A stretch of 64,000 bases of DNA from Macrostomum lignano (Eukaryota). Location of the stretch: assembly GCA_002269645.1 (NCBI GenBank), contig NIVC01000206.1:610803-674802 (forward strand), read 5' to 3'. Made by a program: the position numbers and the translations under genes. How positions within the stretch are numbered: position 1 is the first letter of the stretch; every line of letters begins with the position of its first letter. The notes under the pieces were generated by a model that was not told where the DNA came from, did not search any database, and was given only the letters and a program-made list of their open reading frames with translations. Below, piece after piece: positions 1 to 13,529 of this stretch.

Positions 1-2041
1 TCTAGTGCCCCCCTTTGAGGTGTGCAATAAACAAGGAGCAAAAATATTTGTGGAAAACAATTAAAAAGGCACATTTTCCTAAAAACCAATTCTTTTTTCA
101 GTTTTATAAAAGACTATATAAAAACAATCTATCCCTACATGGGAGAACAAACAATTTTGGCTAAGCACACCTACTGTATATTTAAAGAGAATACAACATG
201 CTTTAATTAAAGCATGTGCTCTAATTTAAAATGTTCAGAAAAGCAAATCTGTAAATCTGGTCTACCTTTCCCAATAAACTTATACTAGAGTTTATAGTCA
301 AACAAAAGCTGCTTGATCATGTGAGATAAGATTTGCTGGCAGTCTTTTCCTCCTAACATGCATAGCTCTTTTGTGTATCTGTGGAAAGCCAAGATATTAT
401 ACCTATATAGTACATATATATATGATGAGTTTATTCAGAGCATTCAAACAACTGATTAGACCAATTTGCTAGAAAAACTATAGCACTTAAACTAAACTAT
501 AAGATACAAACTGAAATGTACATGTTTGTATAATATTCATATATTAATTAAGACTTATATGTTTTTGCCAATCTTGCCACCTATGATTCTAGTATGCATA
601 TGTCATATAGACTATTGATATAAATATATGATGATTTAGTGGATGCAGCAAGTTGTCCAATGCTGAGATAATAATAAGACAATTTAGTTGTTTTTCTTAT
701 AACCATTTTTTAGTATGACAACTTTGGCTAGAGCTATCAAAATGCCTGTATTTAGGCTATACTCTTAAAGAAGCCAACATCCTTAGTCAGACTTAGAACA
801 GAGCTTTGTTAAACCTTTGAAGCATCTAAGGATAATGTATGATTTACCTTTAAACTTGTCTTTATAGGCCTTATGCCATTCATAATTATAATTTATTTAA
901 TGGCTTATAGCAGTGACTCTTTGACTAGTTGGTATGGCCTGCTAGCCTATTCATAAGTTGCCTCTTAGATAGCCACTTAAAAAGCTATATTAGGCAAGCC
1001 GTCATATAGAGTAGAATGTTGGATTTTATATGGTTTAACTAAAAAGCATTTTTTGCAAGCTTTTTGTAAATTTAGGCATTTGAGACCCTAGCTAAAAAAA
1101 GACATTAAATATTTATGCTTTTCTATACTGTTTTGATATTTAACTATTTTTTTATTTGCAAAGCTGTCTAGACTCTTATAAACACAAGTAATTAATCTTA
1201 TAATGCATAGATACATAGCACATAGTACCAAAATCTCCATGTTTCATTTTCATAAATCTCACAAGAGACACAGAAAAGAAAAGAAAACCAGTGCCTTGCT
1301 TTACTTTCTTTTGTTCATCAACCCTACTGTACGAAAATGATTTTTCAATCCTTTCTACTATTAGTAGGCTCATTTGCTTTTTTAGAAAATTCATGTTGAA
1401 TTCGATTCAAATATAAAGCCTGGCTGTGCAGAGCCAGCCAACCAGCAACCCCTGCATAAATCGTATCTCTTTCCTTTTCACCCATTTTTGACAGCGTTCG
1501 TCCTACCACTTTGGCGTCATCAACTGTAGGCTCAGGCCATCAAATAGGGCAACAGCAGTTGATGACTTTAGCATCTTCTTCATCAGCTTCTGCAGTTAAA
1601 ACTAAACCGCCGTTAGCGCTTAGTAACTGCGAGGAGGTAAGCGTGTGCGCAGAGTGTACACGCAGTGCTGTGCAGGGCCTAAACTCGTTTGGCTAGAAAG
1701 AGAGAGAGGGGGAGAGAGGATAGAGCCATAGGGGGCAGGGGTGGATCGAACGGCGGACCCCTGCCCCTGAAGCAGCAGCAGCCAAGCAAAATCAGCCCCC
1801 ATTTCCATCCTTCTTCGAACCCTCCTCCCCCATCAGCCTCTCCCTGAAGCATCGAGCCTCGCCCCTCGAGAAAGTATGTACACAGTACAGTCCAGTCCAG
1901 TACAGTCCTAGTATTGCATGCACACTGGCGGATCGCACAGTTTATAATTAGACTGCTGATGAAATTGAATTTGCCCCCATGTTGAATCGAATCGAAGAGT
2001 GAAAACACGCTCAAAATATTGTGCTATTGATCAGCTCAGAC

Positions 2042-5000
2042 ATGACTAGTCTACATGCCGATTTCGATAGCGACTATTATTCGACAGAGCAGGATTTGTC
2101 TTCTTATTCTTCGGTTTTAAGTCCTACTACTATTCGAATAAATAATAATCAGGCTAATTCTTGTCCGAATTGCAATTGCAATGGTCAGTGTCGTAGGCTT
2201 GCTGCTGCTGCTGCTGAACAGGGACCAAGTCAAACTGGTGCCAACATCGATTTGCAGCACGCTGTTGAGGTCAGAATGTTGAATAATCGTGTCAGCTTGG
2301 GTCATAGGCGGCCTAAGTCACGGTTTCATGATCAGTTTGAGCTCATTTTTTGTTGTTGGTAGATTGCGTCATAGACAGTTTCAGTTGTTGCCAGATTGAG
2401 TCATAGACAGTTTCAGTTGTTGCCAGATTGAGTCATAGACAGTTTCAGTTGTTGCCAGATTGAGCCATAGACAGTTTCAGTTGTTACCAGATTGAGCCAT
2501 ATACAGTTTCAGTTGTGGGCAGATTGAGCCATAGACAGTTTCAGTTGTGGGCAGATTGAGCCATAGACGGTTTCAGTTGTTGGCAGATTGAGCCATAGAC
2601 GGTTTCAGTTGTTGGCAGATTGAGCCATAGACGGTTTCAGTTGTTGGCAGATTGAGTCATAGACAGTTTCAGTTGTTGGCAGATTGAGTCATATACAGTT
2701 TCAGTTGTGGCAGATTGAGCATAGACGGTTTCAGTTGTTGGCAGATTGAGCCATAGACGGTTTCAGTTGTTGGCAGATTGCGTCATAGACAGTTTCAGTT
2801 GTTGGCAGATTGAGTCATAGACGGTTTCAGTTATGGCAGATTGAGTCATAGACGGTTTCAGTTATGGGCAGATTGAGTCATAGACAGTTTCAGTTGTTGG
2901 CAGATTGAGTTATATACAGTTTCAGTTGTGGGCAGATTGAGTCATAGACGGTTACAGTTATGGGCAGATTGAGTCATAGACGGTTTCAGTTGTTGCCAGA
3001 TTGAGTCATAGACAGTTTCAGTTGTGGGCAGATTGAGTCATAGACGGTTTCAGTTGTTGCCAGATTAGTCATAGACGGTTTCAGTTGTTGCCAGATTGAG
3101 TCATAGACAGTTTCAGTTGTGGCTTGTGGGCAGATTGAGCCATAGATTGAGTTATACGCATTATAAAAATCTTCTCATAATTTTGATTTCAACTTTCTAA
3201 ACAGAAAATGGTGAAATTGAACCAAGAGAACTTCGATCTTCGCTTGCACTGCTATCACCTGAAAGAGAAACTGGACAGATTAGGCCAAAGTCAGAGCAGA
3301 TCGGCCGAACTAGATTCTGTAAGTTTTGATTTATTAATTAATGTATTAATTTAGATTCTTTGTTTATCAATTCGATTCACCAGTGAGAGCAGAATTTGTC
3401 AGTTTTTGAATTATGGGGCCCTGGATTTATGCCGCTGAATTTGTGTCGGAAATAGTTTATTTATGGTGCCGTTTCCTCTGTTATTATTATTATTACTATT
3501 TGATGTGTGATATTTGCGTCGGGTGATTCTATATTCGGTTTTATTACTGCGCGTGCCCAGCTAGTTTAGCCACAACTTTTATTCCGCTTGCGATGCAAGT
3601 TATATGCTGTGGGTCAGAATATTTTGGGATCGTAATATTGGCTTGCTAATCCGTCTATCTTTTATCTCACTGTGTTCCCATCTCCCCTCCTGTCTTCCCA
3701 TCTCCCCTTCTGTCTTCCTATCTCCTATTCTGTCTTTCCATCTCCCCACCTGTCTTCCCATCTCCCCTTCTGTCTTCCTATCTCCCATTCTGTCATCCTA
3801 TCTCCCCTTCTGTCTTCCTATCTCCCCACCTGTCTTCCCATCTCCCCACCTGTCTTCCCATCTCCCCTTCTGTCTTCCCATCTCCCCACCTGTCTTCCCT
3901 TCTTCCCTCCTGTCTTCCCATCTCCCCTCCTATCTTCCCGTCTCCCTTTCTGTCTTCCCATCTCCCTTTCTGTCTTCCCATCTCCCCTCCTGTCTTCCCA
4001 TCTCCCCTCCTGTCTTCCCATATCCCCTTCTGTCTTCCCATCTCCCTTCCTGTCTTCCATCTCCCCTCCTGTCTTTCCATATCCTCTTCTTTCTTCCCAT
4101 CTCCCCCTCCTGTCGACTCACCTAGCCTTCCTGTCGAGCCTCCCCATCTGCCATTCCATCCTAATTCGAAATCCCAAACCAAGCCAAAAGTCCCAAATTC
4201 ACCCGCAGAGCCAGCAGGCCTACTGGGAGGAGGAGACCGGCCGGCTGCGGCGCGAGCTTCGCGATCAGGACGGCAAGCTGCGGGAGCTAGCCGCCGAGCG
4301 GGACTCCCTGCAGTCGGATAATTCTCACCTGCGTGACCTGCTGCAGAAGGTTGGCATTGCTTTTTTGGGAACTTAGAATTCTGGGAGATTCTGGCTTCTG
4401 GGAGATCGTACACCTGAAGCTCCAATGAGTAGCTGATGAGGCCACACCTGAAGCTCCAATAAGTAGCTGATGAGGCCACACCTGAGGCTCCAATAAGTAG
4501 CTAATGAGGCCACACCTGAAGCTCCAATGAGTAGCTGATGAGGCCACACCTGAAGCTTCAATGAGTAGCTGATGAGGCCACACCTGAAGCTCCAATGAAC
4601 AGCTGATGAGGTCACACCTGAAGCTCCAATGAGCAGCTGATGAGGCCACACCTGAAGCTCCTATGAGCAGCTGATGAGGCCACACCTGAAGCTCCAATGA
4701 GCAGCTTATTGAGACATCTGAAGTCTCAATTAGTAGCTCAAAATGGCACAGCTAGCTTTAATAAATAGCTGTTTCTATAAAACCCGTTTCTATGCCGTTG
4801 CTATGCTAAATTCCAATTACAGTGGGAGCAGCAGGAGTCGCCATCTGGCCTCGGCGGCGGCTGTTTGCACTATGCGCCCAGCAGCAGCACTCCCTGGTCA
4901 AAGAGCGGCGCCAGCAGTGGCGGAGCTGCTGTAACATCGGCGGCAACAATTGGCGCTTCTGCAACACCCTCTGCTGGGAGCAATCATATTCGACACAATG

Positions 5001-5373
5001 GCGTTGCCGCGTCCGAGTCTGAGCGGCTGCAGCCGGCTCGAATGCTTGTAAGAGCTCATTGGATTGTTGCTTTCTAAATCGCCCATTGGGAATTGCCATT
5101 AGGAATTGGTCATTAGGAATCGCCCATTAGAAATTGGCCATTAAAATCGTTTGCCATTCAAATTTCTTATTATAATTAAAATTATTGGTCAAAGCCAAAA
5201 CGAAGCGTTTGTCAATTGCATGGCTAGTTGCTGATATGTTTACCTAATAATTTGTTTCACTTGGCTTCTACTGACCGACTTTTGATTTTCATTTTTCAAG
5301 ATGCCTTCTATAGCCTGTAGTGAGGCTCCTGTGCTTGGCCAGACTCCATACCCGATGCCCAATGTAGGAATGA

Positions 5374-5423
<50 letters not shown>

Positions 5424-8285
5424 CTGGAGCTATAAAATGCGCTCAAATTCTCAATCGCCGCTCATTCCCGATCCCCCCGTCCCACGCAGCGCGATGGCAG
5501 CTCTCAGACGTCGCCAAACCATCCGACATCGTCTGACGCGGCCACTGAGGCGGAGCTGCTGCCTCTGACCTTAGCTGACCTGGCCGGCCCGCCGCTTGCT
5601 ACAGGCTTGGCGTCCGGCGGCAGCAGCGTCGCGGGCCTCGACGACTCGCCTCAGTGCAACCTCAGCGCTGCCGCCGCTGCCCAAACTCTGCGCCAGCTGA
5701 TGTCCCGCGTGCTGGCCAGCCAGACAGCCCTGCGCATCGCACTGGCCGACGAGGACGCCGCTGTCAGTGAGGTCGTTGACAAGGATGATGAACCAACTGT
5801 TCAACAGTTCAGCGCCGCCAACAACAATGGCACAGCCAATCTGGAGGGCGACACGGGAGAATCGAACCTCCAACGTCAGGTGGCCGACGTTCGATCGGCC
5901 GCTCGACTGCTGTGCCGACAATTGGCTGTCTTTTGGCGGTGAGTCTCGCCCTCTGTAGCTGGCGCCCCCTCTGTAGCTGGCGCCCCCTCTGTAGCTGGCG
6001 CCCCTCTCTGTAGCTGGCGCCCCTCTCTGTAGCTGGCGCCCCCTCTGTAGCTGGCGCCCCTCTCTGTAGCTGGCGCCCCTCTCTGTAGCTGGCGCCCCCT
6101 CTGTAGCTGGCGCCCCTCTCTGTAGCTGGCGCCCCCCCTGTAGCTGGCGCCCCCTCTGTAGCTGGCGCCCCCTCTGTAGCTGGCGCCCCCCTCTGTAGCT
6201 GGCGCCTCCCTCTGCAGCTGGCGCCCCTTCTGTAGCTGGCGCCCCTCTCTGTAGCTGGCGCCCCCTCTGTAGCTGGCGCCCCCCCTCTGCAGCTGGCGCC
6301 CCCTTACTTGCCTACTAAAACAATTCACTGAAGTGAGTGTTACAAACAGTAGCTATTATTTTCCAATTACTCACCACAGAGCGATCCCCTCCATCTGTCG
6401 CGTCCTCAAGCGATTCCGACAACAAGCGCAGCCATCGCAAAGTAAATTTATTAGCCATCAATGCGTCAGTGCAGACTCTATCGTTTGAACGACTGCCGGA
6501 AGTTCAGCAACTATTGAAGAATTGGCTAGACAAAGGTCTCGAGTTGAACAATTCACTGACGCTGTGGAGTCTCGGGCCGATGCCCTGGCTAAGGAGCGAG
6601 TTCAACCATTAGCCAGAGAGTTGGCTAAAGCTGGCTAAGGAGCAGGCGGAAGTGTTGGCTGTGCAGCGAGCCGAAGCCCTGGCCCGTCAGTGGTGCGAGT
6701 CTATGGCCAAAGATCGCGCCGAGATCATCGCCAGGGGACGAGCGGAGGTTCTGGCCGAATCTATCGTGGCGGATAGGGCCGAATCTATTGCCAAGCGTAG
6801 AGCGGAAGTGCTGGCCAGGGAGAAGGCGGAAGTGATAGCTAGAGATCGGCTGGCTGTTCTAACGCGCGGTATGAATGACACTCTAGCTAGGGAGAAGGCC
6901 GAGTTTATGCAGAGAGCCGAGTCGCTTGTCAATGAAAAGGCGCAGTTATTGGAGCGAAATTGGCCAATAATATCGCTAAGGAGAGAGCGGAAGTGCTTGC
7001 TCAACAAAGAGCGGAAGTTCTTGCTCAACAAAGAGCGGAAGTGCTCGCTAATGAGAAAGCGGAAGTTCTTGCTCAACAAAGAGCGGAAGTGCTCGCCAAT
7101 GAGAAAGCGGAAGTGCTTGCTCAACAAAGAGCGGAATTGCTTGCTCAGCAAAGAGTGGAAGTGCTTGCCAACGAGAAAGCGGAAGTTCTTGCTCAACAAA
7201 GAGCGGAAGTGCTTGCCAATGAGAAAGCGGAAGTTCTTGCTCAACAAAGAGCGGAAGTGCTTGCCAATGAGAAAGCGGAAGTTCTTGCTCAGCAAGAGCG
7301 GAAGTGCTCGCCAATGAGAAAGCGGAAGTTCTTGCTCAGCAAAGAGCGGAAGTGCTTGCCAATGAGAAAGCGGAAGTTCTTGCTCAGCAAAGAGCGGAAG
7401 TGCTTGCCAATGAGAAAGCGGAAGTTCTTGCCCAACAAAGAGCGGAAGTGCTTGCCAATGATAAAGCGGAAGTTCTTGCCCAACAAAGAGCGGAAGTGCT
7501 TGCCAATGAGAAAGCGGAAGTTCTTGCCCAACAAAGAGCGGAAGTGCTTGCCAATGAGAAAGCGGAAGTTCTTGCTCAACAAAGAGCGGAAGTGCTTGCC
7601 AATGAGAAAGCGGAAGTTCTTGCCCAACAAAGAGCGGAAGTGCTCGCCAATGAACGAGTTGACTCACTCGCTCGCGACCGGATCGAGGCGCTCGCTAAAG
7701 AGATGCTGGCCTCTTTTAATCGGTCGAAATCGTCCAGCAATTCGCCTCCGCCAGTCACCGACAATCCCCAGCAGCGCTCGTCGCCGGAAGCTGACAGTAG
7801 CACCGATCGACATCGAGTTGAACGTCAGGCCAGACGGCTTCGCTCCGAGTTGGACACGTGGCGCGGCCTGGCGGAACGGTGGAAACTGGAGGCAGCCCAG
7901 TCAGATGATGCCAGAGCGGCTGCTCAGGCCCAGCTGGACAGTCTCCGAGCTGCATCTGAGCAGCTGCGACGTCAGGCTGCTGTTGCCTCATCAGCTAGCA
8001 AGGATCCAGACGCTTCCGCCGCTGTCAAGGCTGAGAACGAGCGACTCAAAAGCGAGCTAGTAGCGGCTGCAGCGTAAGCAGCTACTTTCTTGTACCGGCA
8101 TTTAAGTACATAGGGCACTTTGTGCATACTTATGGTGTCTGATTTTTTATTTCAGTGACGCTTTGAGCAGCCGAGAAGAAGCTCACAGGCTGCACGCAAA
8201 ATTAGCTGCCGTGTCTGAGCAGTGCGAAGCGTTGCGGCTGCAGCTAGAAAGGTATATTTATCTGTTTCTGTCTGTCTATCTGTCT

Positions 8286-8371
<86 letters not shown>

Positions 8372-8384
8372 GTCTGTCTGTCGC

Positions 8385-8438
<54 letters not shown>

Positions 8439-8474
8439 TCTGTCTATCTATATATCTACCTATCTATCCATCTG

Positions 8475-8541
<67 letters not shown>

Positions 8542-8549
8542 GTCTATCT

Positions 8550-8638
<89 letters not shown>

Positions 8639-10430
8639 GTGTCAATCAAATCCCCAGATTCGATTCGGCCACCCCGGCCCGCCTGCTGTCGGCAATTGAG
8701 CAGCTGAACCACCGTCTCGCCGGCATCGCCCAGGCTGCCGACGCATTCGAAGCAGCGGCGGCTCAGGCCGCAGAATCTCCTGTCGCTTCCAGTCCCCGCT
8801 GCGCAGCCGCGGCCAAGACTGCGGCAGGCATCGGCAAGCTGATCAGCCGTGAGCAGTCGCGGCCGCCACCTACTCGTCCCCGTCACGTGAGCATCGAGCC
8901 GCTACGCCGTCCCAGCCCGATGTCCAGCCCCATGAGCCGAGACAGCGGCCTGTCACCTTCTGGCATCGGCCTGCCGCCCTCCGCCGCAGCCGCTGGTGTC
9001 GAGATGTACACCGGTGGCGATGACACATCCTGCTCATCTTCGCTGTCATCTTCCTCTGGTACGTCCACCTCGTCGGGCTCGTACTATTTCAGCCAGTCGC
9101 CATTGGCTCCGGTGCTAGTGGAGTCGTCAACTGCAGCATCGCCATCGAATTCTGGCGCCTCCGTAGCCTTGGCCCGCCTGCGAGCCGGCCTCACCGCCGC
9201 CGTGGTTGACACTGATCGGCTGGTTCGCCGATTGAGATGCATCGACGAAGCTACCGACCGTAAAATTTCTGGAGACAATAACAAGAATAATAAACGAACT
9301 GCGGTTGATGCTACTGGCAGTAATAAAGTGACGATTGGATCGCAGACTGCTAATCAATATGGTGAGTTTCGCTCCTTGTTTTCTATGTTACGCAACATAT
9401 CGGTAGTCTTGGATTTTTTATTGCTTTTTAAGATGCAAGAGTTCGTCTGATTCTATTAAAAGTATAATAGAATGTGTTTTAATAATATAACAATAGAAAG
9501 TGCTTTGCTCCTCTGTGTATGTGGAAAATGATGCTTTGTCTTTATTGTTGCACAACATATCGGTAGTTTTTTGGGTTTATGCAATGGACTCTACAAAATT
9601 TTAGTTATTGTACTACAATTGGAATGCAAAATAGACGTGGATAGGAATGCAATTAAAAAATTCCCCTTTTTTATTTTTTGTGGTCGTAAAACAGTGATTT
9701 GTTTTTTGTTATGCGCAACATATCGGCAGTCGGGCGTTTTTTCAAACTTAAACGTTTAAACCGTGCAAGAGTTCGGATATATTGTTGAGAGTATTGATGA
9801 AAATTTTATTAAATTTTTGAACCGGATTATATGAACTGCTGCAGTTTCCAGTTTTGATCTACTAATAAGCCATAAATCATATCGCTTATCAATACTCTCG
9901 TAGCTACAAAGTCTACCTATGGCAGCAACAACGGCAGCAGTAATATGCTGTGGCTTTACTATCAACGTCTGCCTGACACCCTGAGTAAAGTGTCACCCTC
10001 CGTAGTTGACAGCAGTAGCCCACGCTGCCGCTGCTGTCAATGGAAAAATGCTACTCAATGTTATACTACTGTTAAAGGTATATATATGAGTAGTATAGAA
10101 AAAGTTCAATGTAGAATCTGCTGGCTGTTGTGCAAACTACTGATAGTAATATGTAGCAACTTTTTAGCTTTTTTTTCTCTACCAAAGCTTTCGTGTATTT
10201 ACCCTTACTGATTTTGATTAGTGTAAGGACATGGTGAACTTACAATTGTCTTTTGTACTTATACATGACTTTAGTATGTAAGGACTGCTTGTCGTGTCTT
10301 TCCTTCGAGCTAAATTGCTGGATTTCTGGCCCCTTATTTACTGATTCTAGCTTTGGCTTTCGGTGTTTTGCCTGCTCAAAAGTCGCATGAGCGATTGTAC
10401 ATACAGTGGCTAACCTTAATTTTTATTGCT

Positions 10431-10474
<44 letters not shown>

Positions 10475-10520
10475 TGTCTGTCTGTCTGTGTGTCTGTTTG
10501 TCTGCCTGTCTGTCTGTCTG

Positions 10521-10571
<51 letters not shown>

Positions 10572-11148
10572 GTGTCTGTGTGTCTGTGTGTCTGTCTGTC
10601 TGTCTGTCTGTCTGTGTGTCTGTCTGCCTGTCTGTCTGTCTGTCTGTCTATCTGTCTGTCTGTCTATGTGTCTGTCTGTGTGTCTGTCTGCCTGTCTGTC
10701 TGTCAGCCAATCGGACTACCTATTCATACGCCTATCTGTCATAAATTGGCACTCTAGTGTTGCAATAATCATTTAACCCAAACTCTCCCGTCTCCTAGAA
10801 GCATCGCATAGAAATCAGAAGCAGCAGCAGCAGAAGCCACATCATCACCAGCCTTCCAACTGCCGCAGCGCAGATTTCTACCGCCTCAGCTGTGTCGGCC
10901 GCCTCGAAGACCTGGAGCTGCTCAAACGGCAGAATCGCGAGTGCTGCGCCGAGCTGAACTCCGCCCTGCTGCGCATCGACAACCGCCTGCGGCACTACGC
11001 CAGCCAGTCGGTGCTGCACAGGGCTCAGAGCGCCGATTACAATTTGTTGCGCTCGCTAAGACGCGAATTAGCGGCGTTGCAGTGCTACTCAGAGCAGCGC
11101 AAAGCCATGCTGGATAGGTTCAGTGTTCGAGAGCTGCGGGACGACTGA
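2042..11148 (+). CDS. Centrosomin/CDK5RAP2/myomegalin-like coiled-coil protein A (multi-exon; CM1 at N-terminus, partial CM2 at C-terminus)
   Basis: Phase-compatible GT-AG exons 2042-2269, 3205-3318, 4209-4349, 4823-5047, 5490-5938, 6380-8073, 8156-8251, 8658-9361, 10799-11148. Exon 2 gives [23 protein letters not shown] (CM1-like ENFxLKL). Last exon gives [14 protein letters not shown]...[11 protein letters not shown] (CM2-like). Exon 6 has an in-frame TGA (6486) and several frameshifts. Confidence 0.7.
2370..3150. repeat. 32-bp intronic minisatellite (~24 copies)
   Basis: CATAGACAGTTTCAGTTGTTGGCAGATTGAGT units. Confidence 0.95.
3205..3318 (+). CDS. CM1 (Cnn_1N / gamma-TuRC-binding motif)-like exon
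   Basis: acag|AAAATG...GATTCT|gtaagt, 38 codons, phase 0/0; resembles the KENFxLKLRIYxLEE consensus. Confidence 0.7.
3670..4110. repeat. 21-bp pyrimidine-rich minisatellite
   Basis: CTGTCTTCCCATCTCCCCTTC units. Confidence 0.9.
4410..4730. repeat. 34-bp minisatellite (~9 copies)
   Basis: CTGATGAGGCCACACCTGAAGCTCCAATGAGTAG units. Confidence 0.95.
5950..6302. repeat. 20-22-bp minisatellite
   Basis: CTCTGTAGCTGGCGCCCC(T) units. Confidence 0.95.
6985..7650 (+). repeat. Coding 24/48-bp tandem repeat: ([16 protein letters not shown])n
   Basis: Alternating 24-bp units inside exon 6 of gene A. Confidence 0.85.
8265..8640. repeat. (TCTG)n/(TCTA)n microsatellite intron
   Basis: Direct; similar arrays at 5375-5405, 10430-10705, 57960-58315 and 60280-60545. 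Confidence 0.95.
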
Positions 11149-11339
11149 CTGGACAGGTTCTGGGGTGCTGTGAGCTGTGCAAGTGTACCTGTGTATTTTA
11201 AGTGCAGAGTATTGTTGATGACGGTCTTTAAAGTGATTAATTAGGATTGGTTGATAGAATATATGGTGCTCGTATGATATTGAAAGTTTGGATAGTGTGA
11301 AATGCAAAGGGAGACTTGCATAGGTTGGATGGGATGGGA

Positions 11340-12095
11340 TCAGAAATCAGAGGGTGAGATCAGAGGGGATGAGATCAGAAATCAGAGAGGGTGAGATCAG
11401 AGGGGATGAGATCAGAAATCAGAGAGGGTGAGATCAGAAATCAGAGAGGGTGAGATCAGAAATCAGAGAGGGTGAGATCAGAAATCAGAGAGGGTGAGAT
11501 TAGAAATCAGATAGGGTGAGATCAGAAATCAGAGAGGATAAGATCAGAAATCAGAGAGGGTGAAATCAGAAATCAGAGAGGGTGAGATCAGAAATCAGAG
11601 AGGGTGAGATTAGAAATCAGAGAGGGTGAGATCAGAAATCAGAGAGGGTGAGATCAGAAATCAGACGGTAAGATCAGAAATCAGAGATGATGAGATCAGA
11701 AATCAGAGATGATGAGATCAGAAATCAGAGAGGGTGAGATCAGAAATCAGACGGTGAGATCAGAAATCAGAGATGATGAGATCAGAAATCAGAGATGATG
11801 AGATCAGAAATCAGAGAGAGTGAGATCAGAAATCAGAGAGGGTGAGATTAGAAATCAGAGAGGGTGAGATCAGAAATCAGAGAGTGAGATCAGAAATCAG
11901 ATAGAGTGAGATCAGAAATCAGAGAGGGTGAGATTAGAAATCAGAGATGATGACATCAGAAATCAGAGAGTGAGATCGGAAATCAGAGAGGGTGAGATCA
12001 GAAATCAGAGAGGTGAGATTAGAAATCAGAGAGGGTGAGATCAGAAATCAGAGAGTGAGATCAGAAATCAGAGATGATGAGATTAGAAATCAGAG
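11340..12095. repeat. ~22-bp minisatellite
   Basis: GAGATCAGAAATCAGAGAGGGT units. Confidence 0.95.
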
Positions 12096-13529
12096 GGAAG
12101 ATTGTAAGCGGTTATGTTACAAATAAGCTGAGTCTGTCAGTAAACAGTTTAATTACCAAAATTGCATGATGCATTACTTATCGTTTGACTTCAACTTCTT
12201 CAATGTTTTTTAATTTTCAGGTAGCGTCAGTGTAAAATGCAATTTCTGAGCATCTCGGAATGGACGCCGATTTGAATTGGCAAACAGTGCATTCTATTCT
12301 GTATTAATGATATATTTTGTTCTGTACAAAAAATACTGCAATATTCGAATCGTCTACTGCTAGTAGAAAACACGTGCGCTTTTTTGCATTAGTTATTTTT
12401 GCGTCCTTATTTTTATTTTATTCGACGCCTACAATAATAATTTGAAAAATAATCCAATAAATGCTGCTGAAGTATTAACCTTTTCCCTAATATTTATCTA
12501 ACCTGCCAAATTATTCTTTTTCTTTAATCATGGCATAGAATATTTTTATAAACTTTTTTTCTGCCTAGTAATTAATAAGTCAAATTTAATCAGGCAAAGT
12601 ATTATTAACAATGGTAAATAGTTTCAGTAGTATTATTATTATTAATAAGTTTATGTCAAAGTAGTATGTTTCGCATTTTGCTGAAAATTTAATATTGCAA
12701 ACTTTGTAAACACTGAATTCTTCATGTTGGGAGCTGCGTATGGTCAACTTTTGTGTTACTTTAAAATATTAATACACGTTAAATAAACTGCTGATTGTAA
12801 AATATTATGTTGTAAATCTCTGGCTTGACGTTTTTTGCTGCTGTTTTTGTTCTACATTTTCTGAGTTTATGCATCTGGCCTGATGTACTTTTGATCCCAG
12901 CTCACCTCTTGTTTATCCCATCTGACCTCTTATTTATCCCAGCTCACCCCGTGTCTATCTAATCTCGTTCCCTTGTCTATTTATTATACTCCATCCTGCA
13001 TCAAATCTCACTGCTAGATTTATTTAATCTCAAATATATATAATCTCGCCCCTAATCTAATCTCATATCAGTTTCAATTTTGTTGCAGAATAATAGCAGC
13101 TTATTTTTCATCTAGTCTCACCCTTAATCTTAAAATCTTCAATAGTTATACAACTCTCGTACTTTGACAGCCTGTATTATTATTGTAAAAATCCTTATAA
13201 TAATAATAGGATTTTTTATAACAGCTCAATAATCTCGCATTTTTACTCCCTTGTTAAGCGCAAGCGGTTAATACTATAACTCAATGCTTTTTAATTATGT
13301 TGTAATTGTTTGTCAATGCAAAATAGAGACGTTTATTAAGCGCAGTACAAGTTAGGCTGGCTATGTTTTCAGTTACGTTTTTTGTTGGCCTGTAGGTATG
13401 CGCATTGATGAAGTTCTGCCTAAATTTCAATGACACCTTTTCATTTTCATTAGATTGGTTTTTATTCGGGGAAAGGCGCCGTTTCGTCTAAAGAGGGTGC
13501 CATTTCTTTTTAGCAGCAAGTGATAAAGG

